Of a stretch of 62,144 bases of DNA, positions 27,048 to 36,768 are shown piece by piece (position 1 is the stretch's first letter; every line of letters begins with the position of its first letter). This DNA comes from Bacilli bacterium (lineage in GTDB: Bacteria > Bacillota_I > Bacilli_A > RF39 > UBA660): the NCBI GenBank assembly GCA_017510225.1, contig JAFWNS010000043.1:1-62144 (forward strand), written 5' to 3'. The notes under the pieces are model-generated. The model did not search any database, was not told the DNA's origin, and saw nothing but the letters and a program-made list of their open reading frames with translations. A program made the translations under genes and the position numbers.

Positions 27048-29225
27048 TTAATTATCAAAAAAATCATCAAAGAATTCATCATCATCTTCTTCATCTAGTA
27101 CTAAATGATCTGTAGAAGGAGCAATCTTTGGTTTTTCTTCTCTCTTAACATCAGGTTGAACAGGTTTAGGTTTTTCTGGAGCTGATTTAACTTCAGGTTT
27201 TTCAGGCGCAGATACAGTTCCACTTGGAGTCATACCTTTAGCTTTCTTCTCTTCTTCCTCTTCCTTCTCCAATTCTGCTATTTTAGCATCTATCTTTCTA
27301 ACTAAATCATCTACATTAAAAGTAGCAGACTCATCTTCCTTTTCCTCTTCAACAGGACTAGGACTAGGTTTACGCGCAGGAGCCTCTTCTCTAGGTTTTG
27401 GTGGATTATCGAATGGTCTATCCATACCAGGAAGTCCTGGACCAGGTCCCATCATTCCCCTATGCATAGGCATCTCATCCATAGTATTATCTGCACTTGC
27501 ATTCATCATATCTAATAATTTCTTCTTTTTTCTTTCTTTTACAAACTCTTTTATATCAAAAGTATGAACTTGTTCTTTCTCTCTATGAGGATATTTAGCA
27601 ACAGGATACTTTTCACCCCAATCCAATTTATAAAATGGAGTAAATTTAGTCTTAAATGGTTGCTTTCTAAGTCTTAAAATAACAACTTCAAATTGTTTCA
27701 TTCTCTGTAAGTCAGAAACAGTTACCAATGGCGTAGATGCAGTCTTATCATCTTTTTTAGACTTCTCTTCACCACACATTTTAGAAATTTCTTCTAAGGC
27801 CTTTAACTCAGTAGTAATCAAATAAATAATATTACCACAGTTACCCCTAATAGTTTCTGCTTCCTCTTTACCATAAACTTGATCTAATTGAGCAAAGTTT
27901 TGAATAATCATTGTAAATCTAATTTTTCTAGAACGAGCCGCAGTAATCATTGTAGTAACATCTTTTAAAGGCGGCATGTTCGCAAACTCATCAAGTATAA
28001 AATTTGTTCTAACTGGAAGTTGTCCACCATGTTTTTGTGCAACTCTAATTAATGTTTCATAAATTTGTTTTAATAAAATTGTAACTAACGAATGATATGT
28101 TTTCTTTTCATCTTGAATAACTATAAATACTGCTGTTGGTCTTTCACCAATAGACTCTAAATTTATATCACTATGAGATAACATTTCACTTAAGTTTTCA
28201 CGTGATGCAAACAATTTAACTTTTTGTTTAAATACTGATAAGATACTTCCTTTTGTATCTGTAGGAGCCATAATTGTACTAGAAGCATTAATTGCAGCTG
28301 CACTAGCTGGATCTTTATCAGCAAAATATTCTTTAATATATGTTGAACCACCAAATTTCTCTTCACCAACTGTAGTAGCAAGAGAAATACTATTAATATT
28401 TATTTCATCTTCTTTAGCATCTTCAAACAAACCTAAAGCAACTCCAGAAAAATAATCTGCAGAAGTCTTTTCCCAGAAAGGATCGGCATTCTTATTTGAA
28501 TCATCATATAATATATTTAATGCTAAGTCATCAAGTAACTCAATAGCTTTATCTTGATTACCACCCTTATACATTTGGTAAGGCAAACTCATAGGATTCC
28601 AAGCATTACCATTTTGTGGATCACGGAAATTTAAAAGTAATATTTGATATCCTTTTTTACGTAACATATTACTAGTTTTTTCATAAATTTCACCTTTAGG
28701 ATCGGTAATAATCATTGATTCTTTATTTTTAGCTAAACTATAAACTAAAGGTAATACAACAGCTTGAGTTTTACCAGAACCAGTAGCACCAATAACTAAT
28801 GAATGGTATTCACTATTATCTACCCACATTTCTTTTTCATTTAAAATTAAGGAAACTCCTGCTGATTTAGATTTCTTTTGTTTAATCTCTACTCTATCTA
28901 ACTCTTCTTTAATTTCACGATCTTTAGCCCATCTAGAATATCCTTTATCTTTTTTATCAGTGGTAAAACCAAAACCTTTATCCATATCAAAGAAGTAGGA
29001 ACTAACACTAGCAAAAAGCCCTACTAATACTAATACATATAACACAAGTGTCGCAACGATAAATCTTGGCCCAAAGGCAGGGAACGGATTTAATCCATAA
29101 AGATATCCTTCAGTAGCAAAACTATTAACATTTAATACACCAATAGCCACTACATAAAGTAAAAATACAGCAAAAATTACAAAAATAGTAATATCTTCTG
29201 GATCTGCTCTAAATTTAAGTTTCAT
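27048..29225 (-). CDS. Type IV coupling protein (VirD4/TraG/TcpA-like ATPase)
   Basis: Two N-terminal TM helices, Walker A VIGATGSGKTQ, Walker B FILDEFANM, and the IQNFAQL motif. A long Pro/Lys/Glu-rich C-terminal tail ends in DEEDDDEFFDDFFDN. Confidence 0.85.
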   Translation of the reverse strand: MKLKFRADPEDITIFVIFAVFLLYVVAIGVLNVNSFATEGYLYGLNPFPAFGPRFIVATLVLYVLVLVGLFASVSSYFFDMDKGFGFTTDKKDKGYSRWAKDREIKEELDRVEIKQKKSKSAGVSLILNEKEMWVDNSEYHSLVIGATGSGKTQAVVLPLVYSLAKNKESMIITDPKGEIYEKTSNMLRKKGYQILLLNFRDPQNGNAWNPMSLPYQMYKGGNQDKAIELLDDLALNILYDDSNKNADPFWEKTSADYFSGVALGLFEDAKEDEININSISLATTVGEEKFGGSTYIKEYFADKDPASAAAINASSTIMAPTDTKGSILSVFKQKVKLFASRENLSEMLSHSDINLESIGERPTAVFIVIQDEKKTYHSLVTILLKQIYETLIRVAQKHGGQLPVRTNFILDEFANMPPLKDVTTMITAARSRKIRFTMIIQNFAQLDQVYGKEEAETIRGNCGNIIYLITTELKALEEISKMCGEEKSKKDDKTASTPLVTVSDLQRMKQFEVVILRLRKQPFKTKFTPFYKLDWGEKYPVAKYPHREKEQVHTFDIKEFVKERKKKKLLDMMNASADNTMDEMPMHRGMMGPGPGLPGMDRPFDNPPKPREEAPARKPSPSPVEEEKEDESATFNVDDLVRKIDAKIAELEKEEEEEKKAKGMTPSGTVSAPEKPEVKSAPEKPKPVQPDVKREEKPKIAPSTDHLVLDEEDDDEFFDDFFDN

Positions 29226-29277
29226 ATCTCTACTCCCTTTCTTAAATTATTTTATCACGATTTGAAGTTGGTATCAA

Positions 29278-29802
29278 CTATTCACTAACACCATCTTTAG
29301 GATCCATAGTAGCTTGATCATTATCATCAGGTTTAGCCTTCTCCATCTCATCTAGCTCTTTTTCCTTTTTATATTTTTTAGGATTCATAATTTCTAAATA
29401 AGTTTTTTTAGTATAATGAGTAGTTTGACTAGTATCTAGTGTATCACCACTCCAATAAAACTTATTATTACTTGGATCATATTTACATTCAATTAATGTT
29501 TCAAACTCATTATTTAATGAGAAATATATATATTTATTATCATCTTCAATAACTTTTTTAAATGTTATTACTTTATAATAATTATATTTTTCTTTATTAA
29601 GATAATTAATTATATCTTCATAAAAGGCAGATAATTCATTTTTATTAAGATCTAAAATTTTAGTATTTCTGAAATCTACATCACTAACTCTAACTTCTGT
29701 AAAATAAGGATCTTCATCTTTATTAATAAGATAAATAGTCGCTATAATAGCACCTAAAATAACTAATAATAGTAATACAACTTTTACATTTTTCTTTTTC
29801 AT
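29278..29802 (-). CDS. Bitopic membrane protein; candidate VirB8/TcpC-like channel component
   Basis: N-terminal TM anchor plus a roughly 100-aa ectodomain. It sits between the coupling protein and the hydrolase. The assignment rests on position and topology only. Confidence 0.25.
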   Translation of the reverse strand: MKKKNVKVVLLLLVILGAIIATIYLINKDEDPYFTEVRVSDVDFRNTKILDLNKNELSAFYEDIINYLNKEKYNYYKVITFKKVIEDDNKYIYFSLNNEFETLIECKYDPSNNKFYWSGDTLDTSQTTHYTKKTYLEIMNPKKYKKEKELDEMEKAKPDDNDQATMDPKDGVSE

Positions 29803-29813
29803 ATTATTCCTCC

Positions 29814-31952
29814 TTATTTTTTTCCATATTTATTATAGAAATCATGAGCATATTTATATCTATTTGGATAATTTGGTTTACCTGCTCTTTCAAAGCTTTG
29901 TTCAAAAGCTCTAACTGCCCAATCTACATCATGATTTTTAATAAAGTGTTTAAAACCACCAAATCTATTATTTAACACACTCTTAGTAGTAGCTTCTCCA
30001 CCATTTAATTCATACCATAAGAAGTCTAATTGAACTCCTAAGTCTTCCCAACTCTTATGAGCTTTCTTAGCCCTATTAACTAGAGTATTGAATCTTCCAC
30101 CAACTGACCATTGAGCAATACCTCGACCTGGTCCATTAGCTTGACGACTCTTAGGATTTATACCACTTTCTTGTTGTAGGTTACCCATAATACCAGCAGT
30201 TGTTTCTTTAGAAACACCTTTATCTCTAAAGAAATTCCATGTCTTCTGTGCATATGTTGACCCTTTAAGTTTTGTTGCTGAACCTTTTGGATAAGCAGGA
30301 GTTGCAAAACCTGTACATCCAGTAGCAGCTACACTATTCCAAATATTTCTAGATACTTTATCTCCACTATTACCTTCTATTGTATATAGTTTACCACCCT
30401 GTACTTTTTCAACTATACCAATATGTGACCATCCCTTAGGATTTTGTCCATCCTTCCAAATAATTAAATCACCAGGTTTTGGAGTATATCCAGAACTTAA
30501 AGAATGAAATTTACCATGCTTTTGAACTGCATAATAACTATAAAAATTATCAACAGCAGCACTATGAGGTATTATAGAACGAGCAATACCGGCTTCATTT
30601 GCACACCAAGATACAAATGCAGCGCACCAATGTTGTCCAACAATTCCCATATATCTTTGATATTTATTATTAGTATCATTAAATCTATCTGGATTTGAAG
30701 ATTTTAACTGATCCTTAGCTACTTGAACCAATCTTTGAGCAGAACCAGATCCTTCAGCATCTTCATCATCCTCTTCTTCAACACCATACATTTGCTCAAA
30801 GTTTTTTACATAATTAATAACTTCACGTGCCATTTTTCTATTTTCTTCTGCTGTTGCTTTTGGAAATACTTCTGGAAAGAATTTTTCTCTTAAATTCTTT
30901 TCATAAGTTTCTTCATTGAATGTATATTCACCATCTTTTTCATCAAACATATAATCTGCTAACTGTTTTATTTTAGCAGTAGTCAGATATTTATAAGCAT
31001 AAATTTCATTTTTTCTTGTACTAATTACATAATAGGCACCTGCAATATATAGTGGTTTAACTTTTTTACCTTGTTCACTATAGTCACTTTTTACATCTTT
31101 AACTCTTTTATAAAACTCTTTAGCAGTTTTACTTGAATCATCACATTTTTCTTTGTTTTGTTGTTGTACATAATCAACAACACAAACACCATCATTAACA
31201 GCACTACCAGTTCCAGATGATTCAGAACCAGCAGCTGATACAAGAGCAGATAATAATATAATAAAACCAAAAGAAATAATTCCAATAAGAATAAGTTTCT
31301 TTTTATTAAAAAAACCACTAGCACTAAAAGAACCGCTCTTTTCTCCATTATCTTTATTCTTATTACCACCAGAAAGTGCATTTCCTGCACCTAATTTATT
31401 AGCTTTATCAGCTACTTCTGCAGCTGCCTTAACCTGTGGAATAGGAATATGTTTTGCTATTTGTATAGCTCTATTTAATCTTCGTTTCTTCTTCTCTGCT
31501 TCGTCATCTTTAGGTTTAGCATTACCTCTCATATTATTAAGTAATGCTCTACCATTATTATGACTGCTAGGACCACCAGCTTGTTGCGCAGCTCCTGCTC
31601 CTTTACCGGCTGCACCAGCAGCGCCAGCCCCCTTACCAGCAGCTCCTGCTCCTCCAGATCCTAATGATGTTGCCATATTGGCAGCATCTAATAGACCTGT
31701 ATCCTTAGCTTTTTTTGCTGCTTTACCGAATTTTCCACCAGTTGCTTTATTTATTGTTTTTCCTAATTTTTCTTCTTCTTTATCTAATTTTTTACCAACA
31801 ACAGGCACATTTTTGGCTTGATCATAAACAGCTCCACCAGCTCCACCAGTGAAATAATCAATAGCCCCTTTAGCAGCTACACCTGTAGCTTCTTTTGCTG
31901 CTTCATTTTCTTGAGCTTTTTTTATTTGTCTTTGATCATTACTATCAGCCAT
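29814..31952 (-). CDS. Bifunctional cell-wall hydrolase (CHAP amidase/peptidase + lysozyme-like domain), VirB1 functional analogue
   Basis: CHAP Cys (QHWCAAFVSWC) and His (WSHIGIVEK...EGNSGD). C-terminal lysozyme-like domain (GIMGNLQQESG...GRGIAQWS). One TM helix follows a roughly 210-aa Gly/Ala/Lys-rich N-terminal region. Confidence 0.8.
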   Translation of the reverse strand: MADSNDQRQIKKAQENEAAKEATGVAAKGAIDYFTGGAGGAVYDQAKNVPVVGKKLDKEEEKLGKTINKATGGKFGKAAKKAKDTGLLDAANMATSLGSGGAGAAGKGAGAAGAAGKGAGAAQQAGGPSSHNNGRALLNNMRGNAKPKDDEAEKKKRRLNRAIQIAKHIPIPQVKAAAEVADKANKLGAGNALSGGNKNKDNGEKSGSFSASGFFNKKKLILIGIISFGFIILLSALVSAAGSESSGTGSAVNDGVCVVDYVQQQNKEKCDDSSKTAKEFYKRVKDVKSDYSEQGKKVKPLYIAGAYYVISTRKNEIYAYKYLTTAKIKQLADYMFDEKDGEYTFNEETYEKNLREKFFPEVFPKATAEENRKMAREVINYVKNFEQMYGVEEEDDEDAEGSGSAQRLVQVAKDQLKSSNPDRFNDTNNKYQRYMGIVGQHWCAAFVSWCANEAGIARSIIPHSAAVDNFYSYYAVQKHGKFHSLSSGYTPKPGDLIIWKDGQNPKGWSHIGIVEKVQGGKLYTIEGNSGDKVSRNIWNSVAATGCTGFATPAYPKGSATKLKGSTYAQKTWNFFRDKGVSKETTAGIMGNLQQESGINPKSRQANGPGRGIAQWSVGGRFNTLVNRAKKAHKSWEDLGVQLDFLWYELNGGEATTKSVLNNRFGGFKHFIKNHDVDWAVRAFEQSFERAGKPNYPNRYKYAHDFYNKYGKK
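31572..31661 (-). repeat. Gly/Ala-codon tandem repeat inside the hydrolase gene
   Basis: It encodes GSGGAGAAGKGAGAAGAAGKGAGAAQQAGG. The unit GAAGKGAGAA occurs twice in tandem, with near-identical DNA. Confidence 0.8.
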
Positions 31953-31976
31953 TATATCACCTACTTCTTGCTAAAA

Positions 31977-33764
31977 CTATAGTCCTCCACCACTACCAAA
32001 TGAATCTAATTCTTCTTTAGTAACAGCAACATTTATTCTCATTCGTCTATTTCCACATACAAACAGAGCTTCTCCTTGAGAATATTGTTTTATACTTTCA
32101 CATTCATTATCATTCAAATCAATTAATAAACTTAAATCAGATACAGCTTGCTTCTTCAATCCCATAATTAAATAGTAAGAAGCATTATCAAATATAGCTT
32201 TACCTTGTGTAATTACAGCCGGAGCTGAGAAATCACTAGGTTGTTGAGTAATTATAATAGTACCAGTATTATACTTACGAGCACGTCTTTGAACTTGTGC
32301 TAAGAAATCTGCTCCTAAAGCATTTTGATCTCCTAATAACACATGTGCTTCATCTACCATCATTACTGTATCTACATCATAATTAAGACATAATCCCCAT
32401 GCATACTTTAATACATTAAAGAATAATGCATTTCTAATATTAGAATCAGTATTCATTAATTCTTTAATATTAAATACCATAAAGTCACTATCATGTCTTA
32501 AAGTTGTATGACCATCGAAATAGAATTTTAATTCTTTAGTAATAGGTCTAACTTTTAACTCTAATCTCTCTAATATATCTTTTTCTTGAGTTTGTTCAGT
32601 AATAGACATTAAGCGTCCTTTTATAGTTGCATAAACATCAGAAAAAGTTGGATAGTCTTTAGATGTAAAATTAGAAAAATCAGTATTAAAATCAATACCA
32701 AAACGTTTATATGTATCTTGTACAACTTCACTAAACATAGTTAATACATCTTCTTCTACTGTTGAATCATAATACTTCATAAACGCTTTTAAGAATTGCA
32801 ATGTACGAGTTAAAACTGTATATCCTAATCCTTGCTTAATTTCTTCTTCATCAGCATCTATAACTATTTCAAGTGGATTAATAAGTCCAAATTCTCCACC
32901 CTTACCAATATCTATAGTATCTCCACCAAAAGTCTGAGTAATTTCTCTTAACTCATCTTCTGGATCGATTGCAACTATTTGACAATTATTTCTAATATGA
33001 TTTCTAAGTAATAATTTAGCAGCTGTAGATTTACCACTACCAGAAGTACCTAAAATAATCATATTAGCATTATTTCTATTAGTTTCTTTACGAATTTTAT
33101 ATAAAAATTGGTTAAATAAGATTACTCCTCCAGAGAAATCTACTCCCATTAAACATGAAAGTCCTGGATCCTTTAAACTATCAAATATAAATGGATACAT
33201 CGCAGACATAGTAACAGAAGGAATTGGAGTACCAATACGTTCTTCTATATCTTGTGATGGGAATATTGGTAAGATTGATTTCAATACTTTTTCTTGCTCA
33301 AATCTTAACGATACTGCCCTTAATTCCATTGCATCCAAATAGTTTCTAACATTAACCTTTTTCATTTCTAAATCTTCTTTAGTTTCAGCAGTTATCATAA
33401 TGTGCATTTGGAAATCAAATATTCTAGCTTGACTACCAGCAAGCATAGAAGTAAAATATTCCAAACTTTCTGCATCTTGTCTTATTTCTTCTTTAACTGT
33501 TTCATCATGTTCATTTTTATATTTTTCTTTTAAATCAGCAATTTGTTTATTTAACATTTTTGCCATTGTTTGAAATGGAACAGGTATGTGTTTAACAACA
33601 ACCTTTATACCAGGCATATTAGTTAATGATGACAAATATCCTGGAGAAATATATTTAGGATAAGATACAACAGTTAGAATAGTTGCATATCTATCACTAA
33701 TAAAGAAATCACTAGGATTAAATTGTAACCCCTTAGGAGCTAATTCACTTCTTAAACTACTCAT
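31977..33764 (-). CDS. VirB4-like T4SS ATPase, C-terminal (motor) part
   Basis: Walker A GTSGSGKST, Walker B MMVDEAH, and a TcpF/ConE/Orf16-like layout. The start ATG overlaps the stop of the upstream ORF (ATGA). Confidence 0.85.
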   Translation of the reverse strand: MSSLRSELAPKGLQFNPSDFFISDRYATILTVVSYPKYISPGYLSSLTNMPGIKVVVKHIPVPFQTMAKMLNKQIADLKEKYKNEHDETVKEEIRQDAESLEYFTSMLAGSQARIFDFQMHIMITAETKEDLEMKKVNVRNYLDAMELRAVSLRFEQEKVLKSILPIFPSQDIEERIGTPIPSVTMSAMYPFIFDSLKDPGLSCLMGVDFSGGVILFNQFLYKIRKETNRNNANMIILGTSGSGKSTAAKLLLRNHIRNNCQIVAIDPEDELREITQTFGGDTIDIGKGGEFGLINPLEIVIDADEEEIKQGLGYTVLTRTLQFLKAFMKYYDSTVEEDVLTMFSEVVQDTYKRFGIDFNTDFSNFTSKDYPTFSDVYATIKGRLMSITEQTQEKDILERLELKVRPITKELKFYFDGHTTLRHDSDFMVFNIKELMNTDSNIRNALFFNVLKYAWGLCLNYDVDTVMMVDEAHVLLGDQNALGADFLAQVQRRARKYNTGTIIITQQPSDFSAPAVITQGKAIFDNASYYLIMGLKKQAVSDLSLLIDLNDNECESIKQYSQGEALFVCGNRRMRINVAVTKEELDSFGSGGGL

Positions 33765-34333
33765 GAAGGCATCACCGTCCTAAACTCTGATCTAGTTCCT
33801 CCATTTAAGAAATTATCCAAAATTATTCTTAAGTCATCATTACTAGTTTGACTAGCATTAAGTCCACAACTTGCTAATCCATTAATAAGCATTCTAACTT
33901 TCTTTTGAACTACATCTGGATCTTTTTCTTTAAATAAGAAATAATACTCAGTATCAACAATATTGTTATTTATGAAATCATTTCCTTTATTTATATCTTG
34001 CATAATTAGTTTTCTAATCGCTGGAGATTGAGTTTCATTAAATAATAATTGAAGTTGTGACATATAAACTGATATATCAACCGGTCTATCCGCAACTACT
34101 AACCAGAATTCAAAATCAATCATATTATAAAAGTTCTTTAAACTAATTAATACATTATCTTGAGACTGAGGATCTAATATAAATATGTTTTTAGGAGATA
34201 TTTTTACTCCACTAACTTTATTATTACCATAAGTAATAATCATACCATTTTGGATTGACTTAACAGGAATCCAAGCCTCAGTACTATTTCCTTCTCTTCT
34301 TGCCATCTTTATAACACCAACCTTTCCATTCAT
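33761..34333 (-). CDS. VirB4-like ATPase, detached N-terminal domain
   Basis: The sequence W.PVKSI.NGMI.......V.GVKI.P.NIF.L...QD.V...L.NF looks like the N-terminus of Gram-positive VirB4 proteins. The start could be 34333 or the ATG at 34306. Confidence 0.6.
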   Translation of the reverse strand: MNGKVGVIKMARREGNSTEAWIPVKSIQNGMIITYGNNKVSGVKISPKNIFILDPQSQDNVLISLKNFYNMIDFEFWLVVADRPVDISVYMSQLQLLFNETQSPAIRKLIMQDINKGNDFINNNIVDTEYYFLFKEKDPDVVQKKVRMLINGLASCGLNASQTSNDDLRIILDNFLNGGTRSEFRTVMPS

Positions 34334-34601
34334 ACTTTTGATTTGTAGTCAGAAAATCATATAATTCCATCAAAACTACTAAAATATTATGATAATAAGG
34401 GACTGGTACAACTAGAAAACCGCATATACCAGCAGGTAACATTACCAATACTGTTGTCCACGTAGAAGTGAACGGCATAGCTGCCAACAGTACAATAGTA
34501 ATAAAAACCCCTGTACCAAATAATATTAAGTCAAATTTTCTAAATAAACCTAATATTAATTGCCCTTTCTTTGTATTAGCGGGTATTAAATAATTATTCA
34601 C
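34284..34601 (-). CDS. PrgI/TcpE-like (VirB3-like) small membrane protein
   Basis: GTG start after AGGGAGTG. The N-terminus IPANTKKGQLILGL....DL and two TM helices directly upstream of VirB4 match the usual VirB3 position. Confidence 0.6.
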   Translation of the reverse strand: MNNYLIPANTKKGQLILGLFRKFDLILFGTGVFITIVLLAAMPFTSTWTTVLVMLPAGICGFLVVPVPYYHNILVVLMELYDFLTTNQKYEWKGWCYKDGKKRRK

Positions 34602-34615
34602 TTATATCACACTCC

Positions 34616-36751
34616 CTATTTATCATTCTTTTGACTAACTCTTTGAGCATTCGCTGTTGCTTGACTATATGTATCACTATTTTTAATTTGTTCTGCTGTT
34701 TTCCCAGCTTGACCAGCATCATGCTTCCAGTCTGGACCCCATTTTGTATTAGGATCATCAAATTCTGTTCCACCTAAACGAGTAAATTCTGGTTCGTCCT
34801 GATATTTTTGAGCAACATCATGAATTCTTCTCAATGAGTCGTATGCAACTAAGTCATTACTAGACCAACCATCTACACCATACTTGATATTATCTTCAAT
34901 TTGACTACGATCCATACTTCTAAGTTCATCAACTCTGTCTCCTTGAGCATCTTTCATAGCTTTATCAACTTGTTCAATTAATGCATTATCTCCAGAGTAT
35001 TGTACACGATTATACATATCTTTCATATCCTTAAGAGATTTCTTATCTCCTGCTTTAAGAAGAGTTTGATTTGTTTTCTTATCCCTGATTTCAGGACCTT
35101 TGTATGTAAATTTATAATCTCCATTACCATCAAAAGCTTTAGTGACACGGTTCATCGCATCAGTTGCTGAATTATAATATTTCATCTTATCATCCATTTT
35201 TTGCTTATCATTTTTCAAGCCAATCTTGTCTTGGAATCCAGCTTTCATTCTACCTCTAAAGCTAGAATCATCTTCTGCATTAGCATAATTTTGAGCATTA
35301 TAAGCACGGTTCCTTGCCATCATATCTTTAGAGCTTTTACCACCAAAAATACCACTAGCAGCATTTTTAGTTCCACCGCCTAGACCTTTTAAAAGTCCGG
35401 CTCCAACATTCTTATTATTTTCTTTAGCAGCTACTGCTCCAGAAACAGCGCCTCCAACAATACCAGCAGCTCCCGCACCGATAGATTTTAAACCATCGAA
35501 GTTTCCTTTTAGTGCACTGAATATTCCACCATCTTCTTTAAGACCAAGGGCTTGTTTAAGAAACTTAGGAGCATCCTTCGCAAATAGTATAAGTCCAATG
35601 TAGACAAATATATGTGCAAATAGCCAAACTGCTCCACTAGCTTTTTGATCAAACTGTATTCCACCAGCACGTCTAATAGACATAATTACAAATATTGCAA
35701 AATATATAACAGACAATTGTATAAATAATTCTAAATAAGTTGAAGTTAAAGTTTTAACCCATGCACCCATAGGTCCATTTTGGAAATCCGACTTTGGCGC
35801 CATATAACTTATAATTGGTATTGGCGCAATCAATCTCAAAATAGCAATCTTTATGGCTCGTTTTGCTACTTCTATCGTTAATAAAACTAAAACTACTAAA
35901 AACAAAACTGAAACTATAAGCGAAATAAACCAGTTAAATTGGAATGCATAATAATCATCATTATCAGAATCAGCCGACCAATCAAAAAGGCTAAAACGTC
36001 CACTAACACCTTTCTTTCGACAACCTACGTTTGCCATTGAAATTAATGTATCAGGATCATAAGTTTTATAATATGAATCATATGTTAAATTATCTTGCAA
36101 TTTTGCACAAAACAAATATTTTGAAGCAAATTCTTTCTCACCACTCGCTCCATCCACAAGTTCAAAATTCTTAGCAGCTCCTGGTTGTAAGTTAGGAGTT
36201 AAGAAACTTTTTAATATTATGGCTGCTAACTCTTCGCCGGAATTATTAATTGTTTTCTGGGTAACTTTATGAGAACTACCTGTATTACCAAGTACTAGTT
36301 TTGCAATAACATCTCCCTGAACAATTCTATCTTGAAAATCATATAAAGTTCCAAATAATATACCATTTTCACTAACTTGTTTTTCAAATTGATTTAATTG
36401 CCCATTAGGTTTTTTATATTCTATTGGTACTAATAATGTAAGTAACGAAAGAGCAACAATTATTTTGACTATCATACTACCCATACCAGTTTTACCATCA
36501 GTAGCTTTATCCGGATCTGCAATACCTTGAAGTATAGAAATAGATATTCTAAACAGCATAAAAACACCGATGATAATTTGAATTCTAGTAAAAACTTCAC
36601 CAACCATCTTACCATCTAGTATAGTAGCTCTTGAAACACTAACTAACACATTATAAACAAATGCTATTAGAAAATATACTCCTTGATTAAGGGTATTAGG
36701 TATAAATAGCACCATATCCATAAGTTTACTTTTAGTAATACTTCTATGCAA
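34616..36751 (-). CDS. VirB6-like polytopic membrane protein with large C-terminal hydrophilic domain
   Basis: Multiple TM helices over roughly the first 400 aa. A Gly/Ala-rich linker (GAGAAGIVGGAVSGAVAA...GLGGG) follows, then a hydrophilic region of about 280 aa. Position and topology match ConG/TcpH-type proteins. Confidence 0.55.
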   Translation of the reverse strand: MHRSITKSKLMDMVLFIPNTLNQGVYFLIAFVYNVLVSVSRATILDGKMVGEVFTRIQIIIGVFMLFRISISILQGIADPDKATDGKTGMGSMIVKIIVALSLLTLLVPIEYKKPNGQLNQFEKQVSENGILFGTLYDFQDRIVQGDVIAKLVLGNTGSSHKVTQKTINNSGEELAAIILKSFLTPNLQPGAAKNFELVDGASGEKEFASKYLFCAKLQDNLTYDSYYKTYDPDTLISMANVGCRKKGVSGRFSLFDWSADSDNDDYYAFQFNWFISLIVSVLFLVVLVLLTIEVAKRAIKIAILRLIAPIPIISYMAPKSDFQNGPMGAWVKTLTSTYLELFIQLSVIYFAIFVIMSIRRAGGIQFDQKASGAVWLFAHIFVYIGLILFAKDAPKFLKQALGLKEDGGIFSALKGNFDGLKSIGAGAAGIVGGAVSGAVAAKENNKNVGAGLLKGLGGGTKNAASGIFGGKSSKDMMARNRAYNAQNYANAEDDSSFRGRMKAGFQDKIGLKNDKQKMDDKMKYYNSATDAMNRVTKAFDGNGDYKFTYKGPEIRDKKTNQTLLKAGDKKSLKDMKDMYNRVQYSGDNALIEQVDKAMKDAQGDRVDELRSMDRSQIEDNIKYGVDGWSSNDLVAYDSLRRIHDVAQKYQDEPEFTRLGGTEFDDPNTKWGPDWKHDAGQAGKTAEQIKNSDTYSQATANAQRVSQKNDK

Positions 36752-36768
36752 AACTAATCACCCCTTTC

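Noticed and set aside
28190-28381. Minus-strand 63-aa ORF
   Set aside because: It is an alternative frame inside the VirD4-like gene, which has clear ATPase motifs in its own frame.
30504-31390. Two short ORFs (30504-30698 plus strand, 31091-31390 minus strand)
   Set aside because: Both lie inside the hydrolase CDS in other frames. They give hydrophobic low-complexity products.
29814-31952. Prophage endolysin or tail lysin (CHAP plus phage-tail-lysozyme-like domain)
   Set aside because: There are no capsid, terminase, portal, tail or holin genes nearby. The neighbours are VirB4 and VirD4, so it fits the T4SS-associated hydrolase role better.
35201-35383. Plus-strand 60-aa ORF
   Set aside because: It lies antisense inside the VirB6-like gene.
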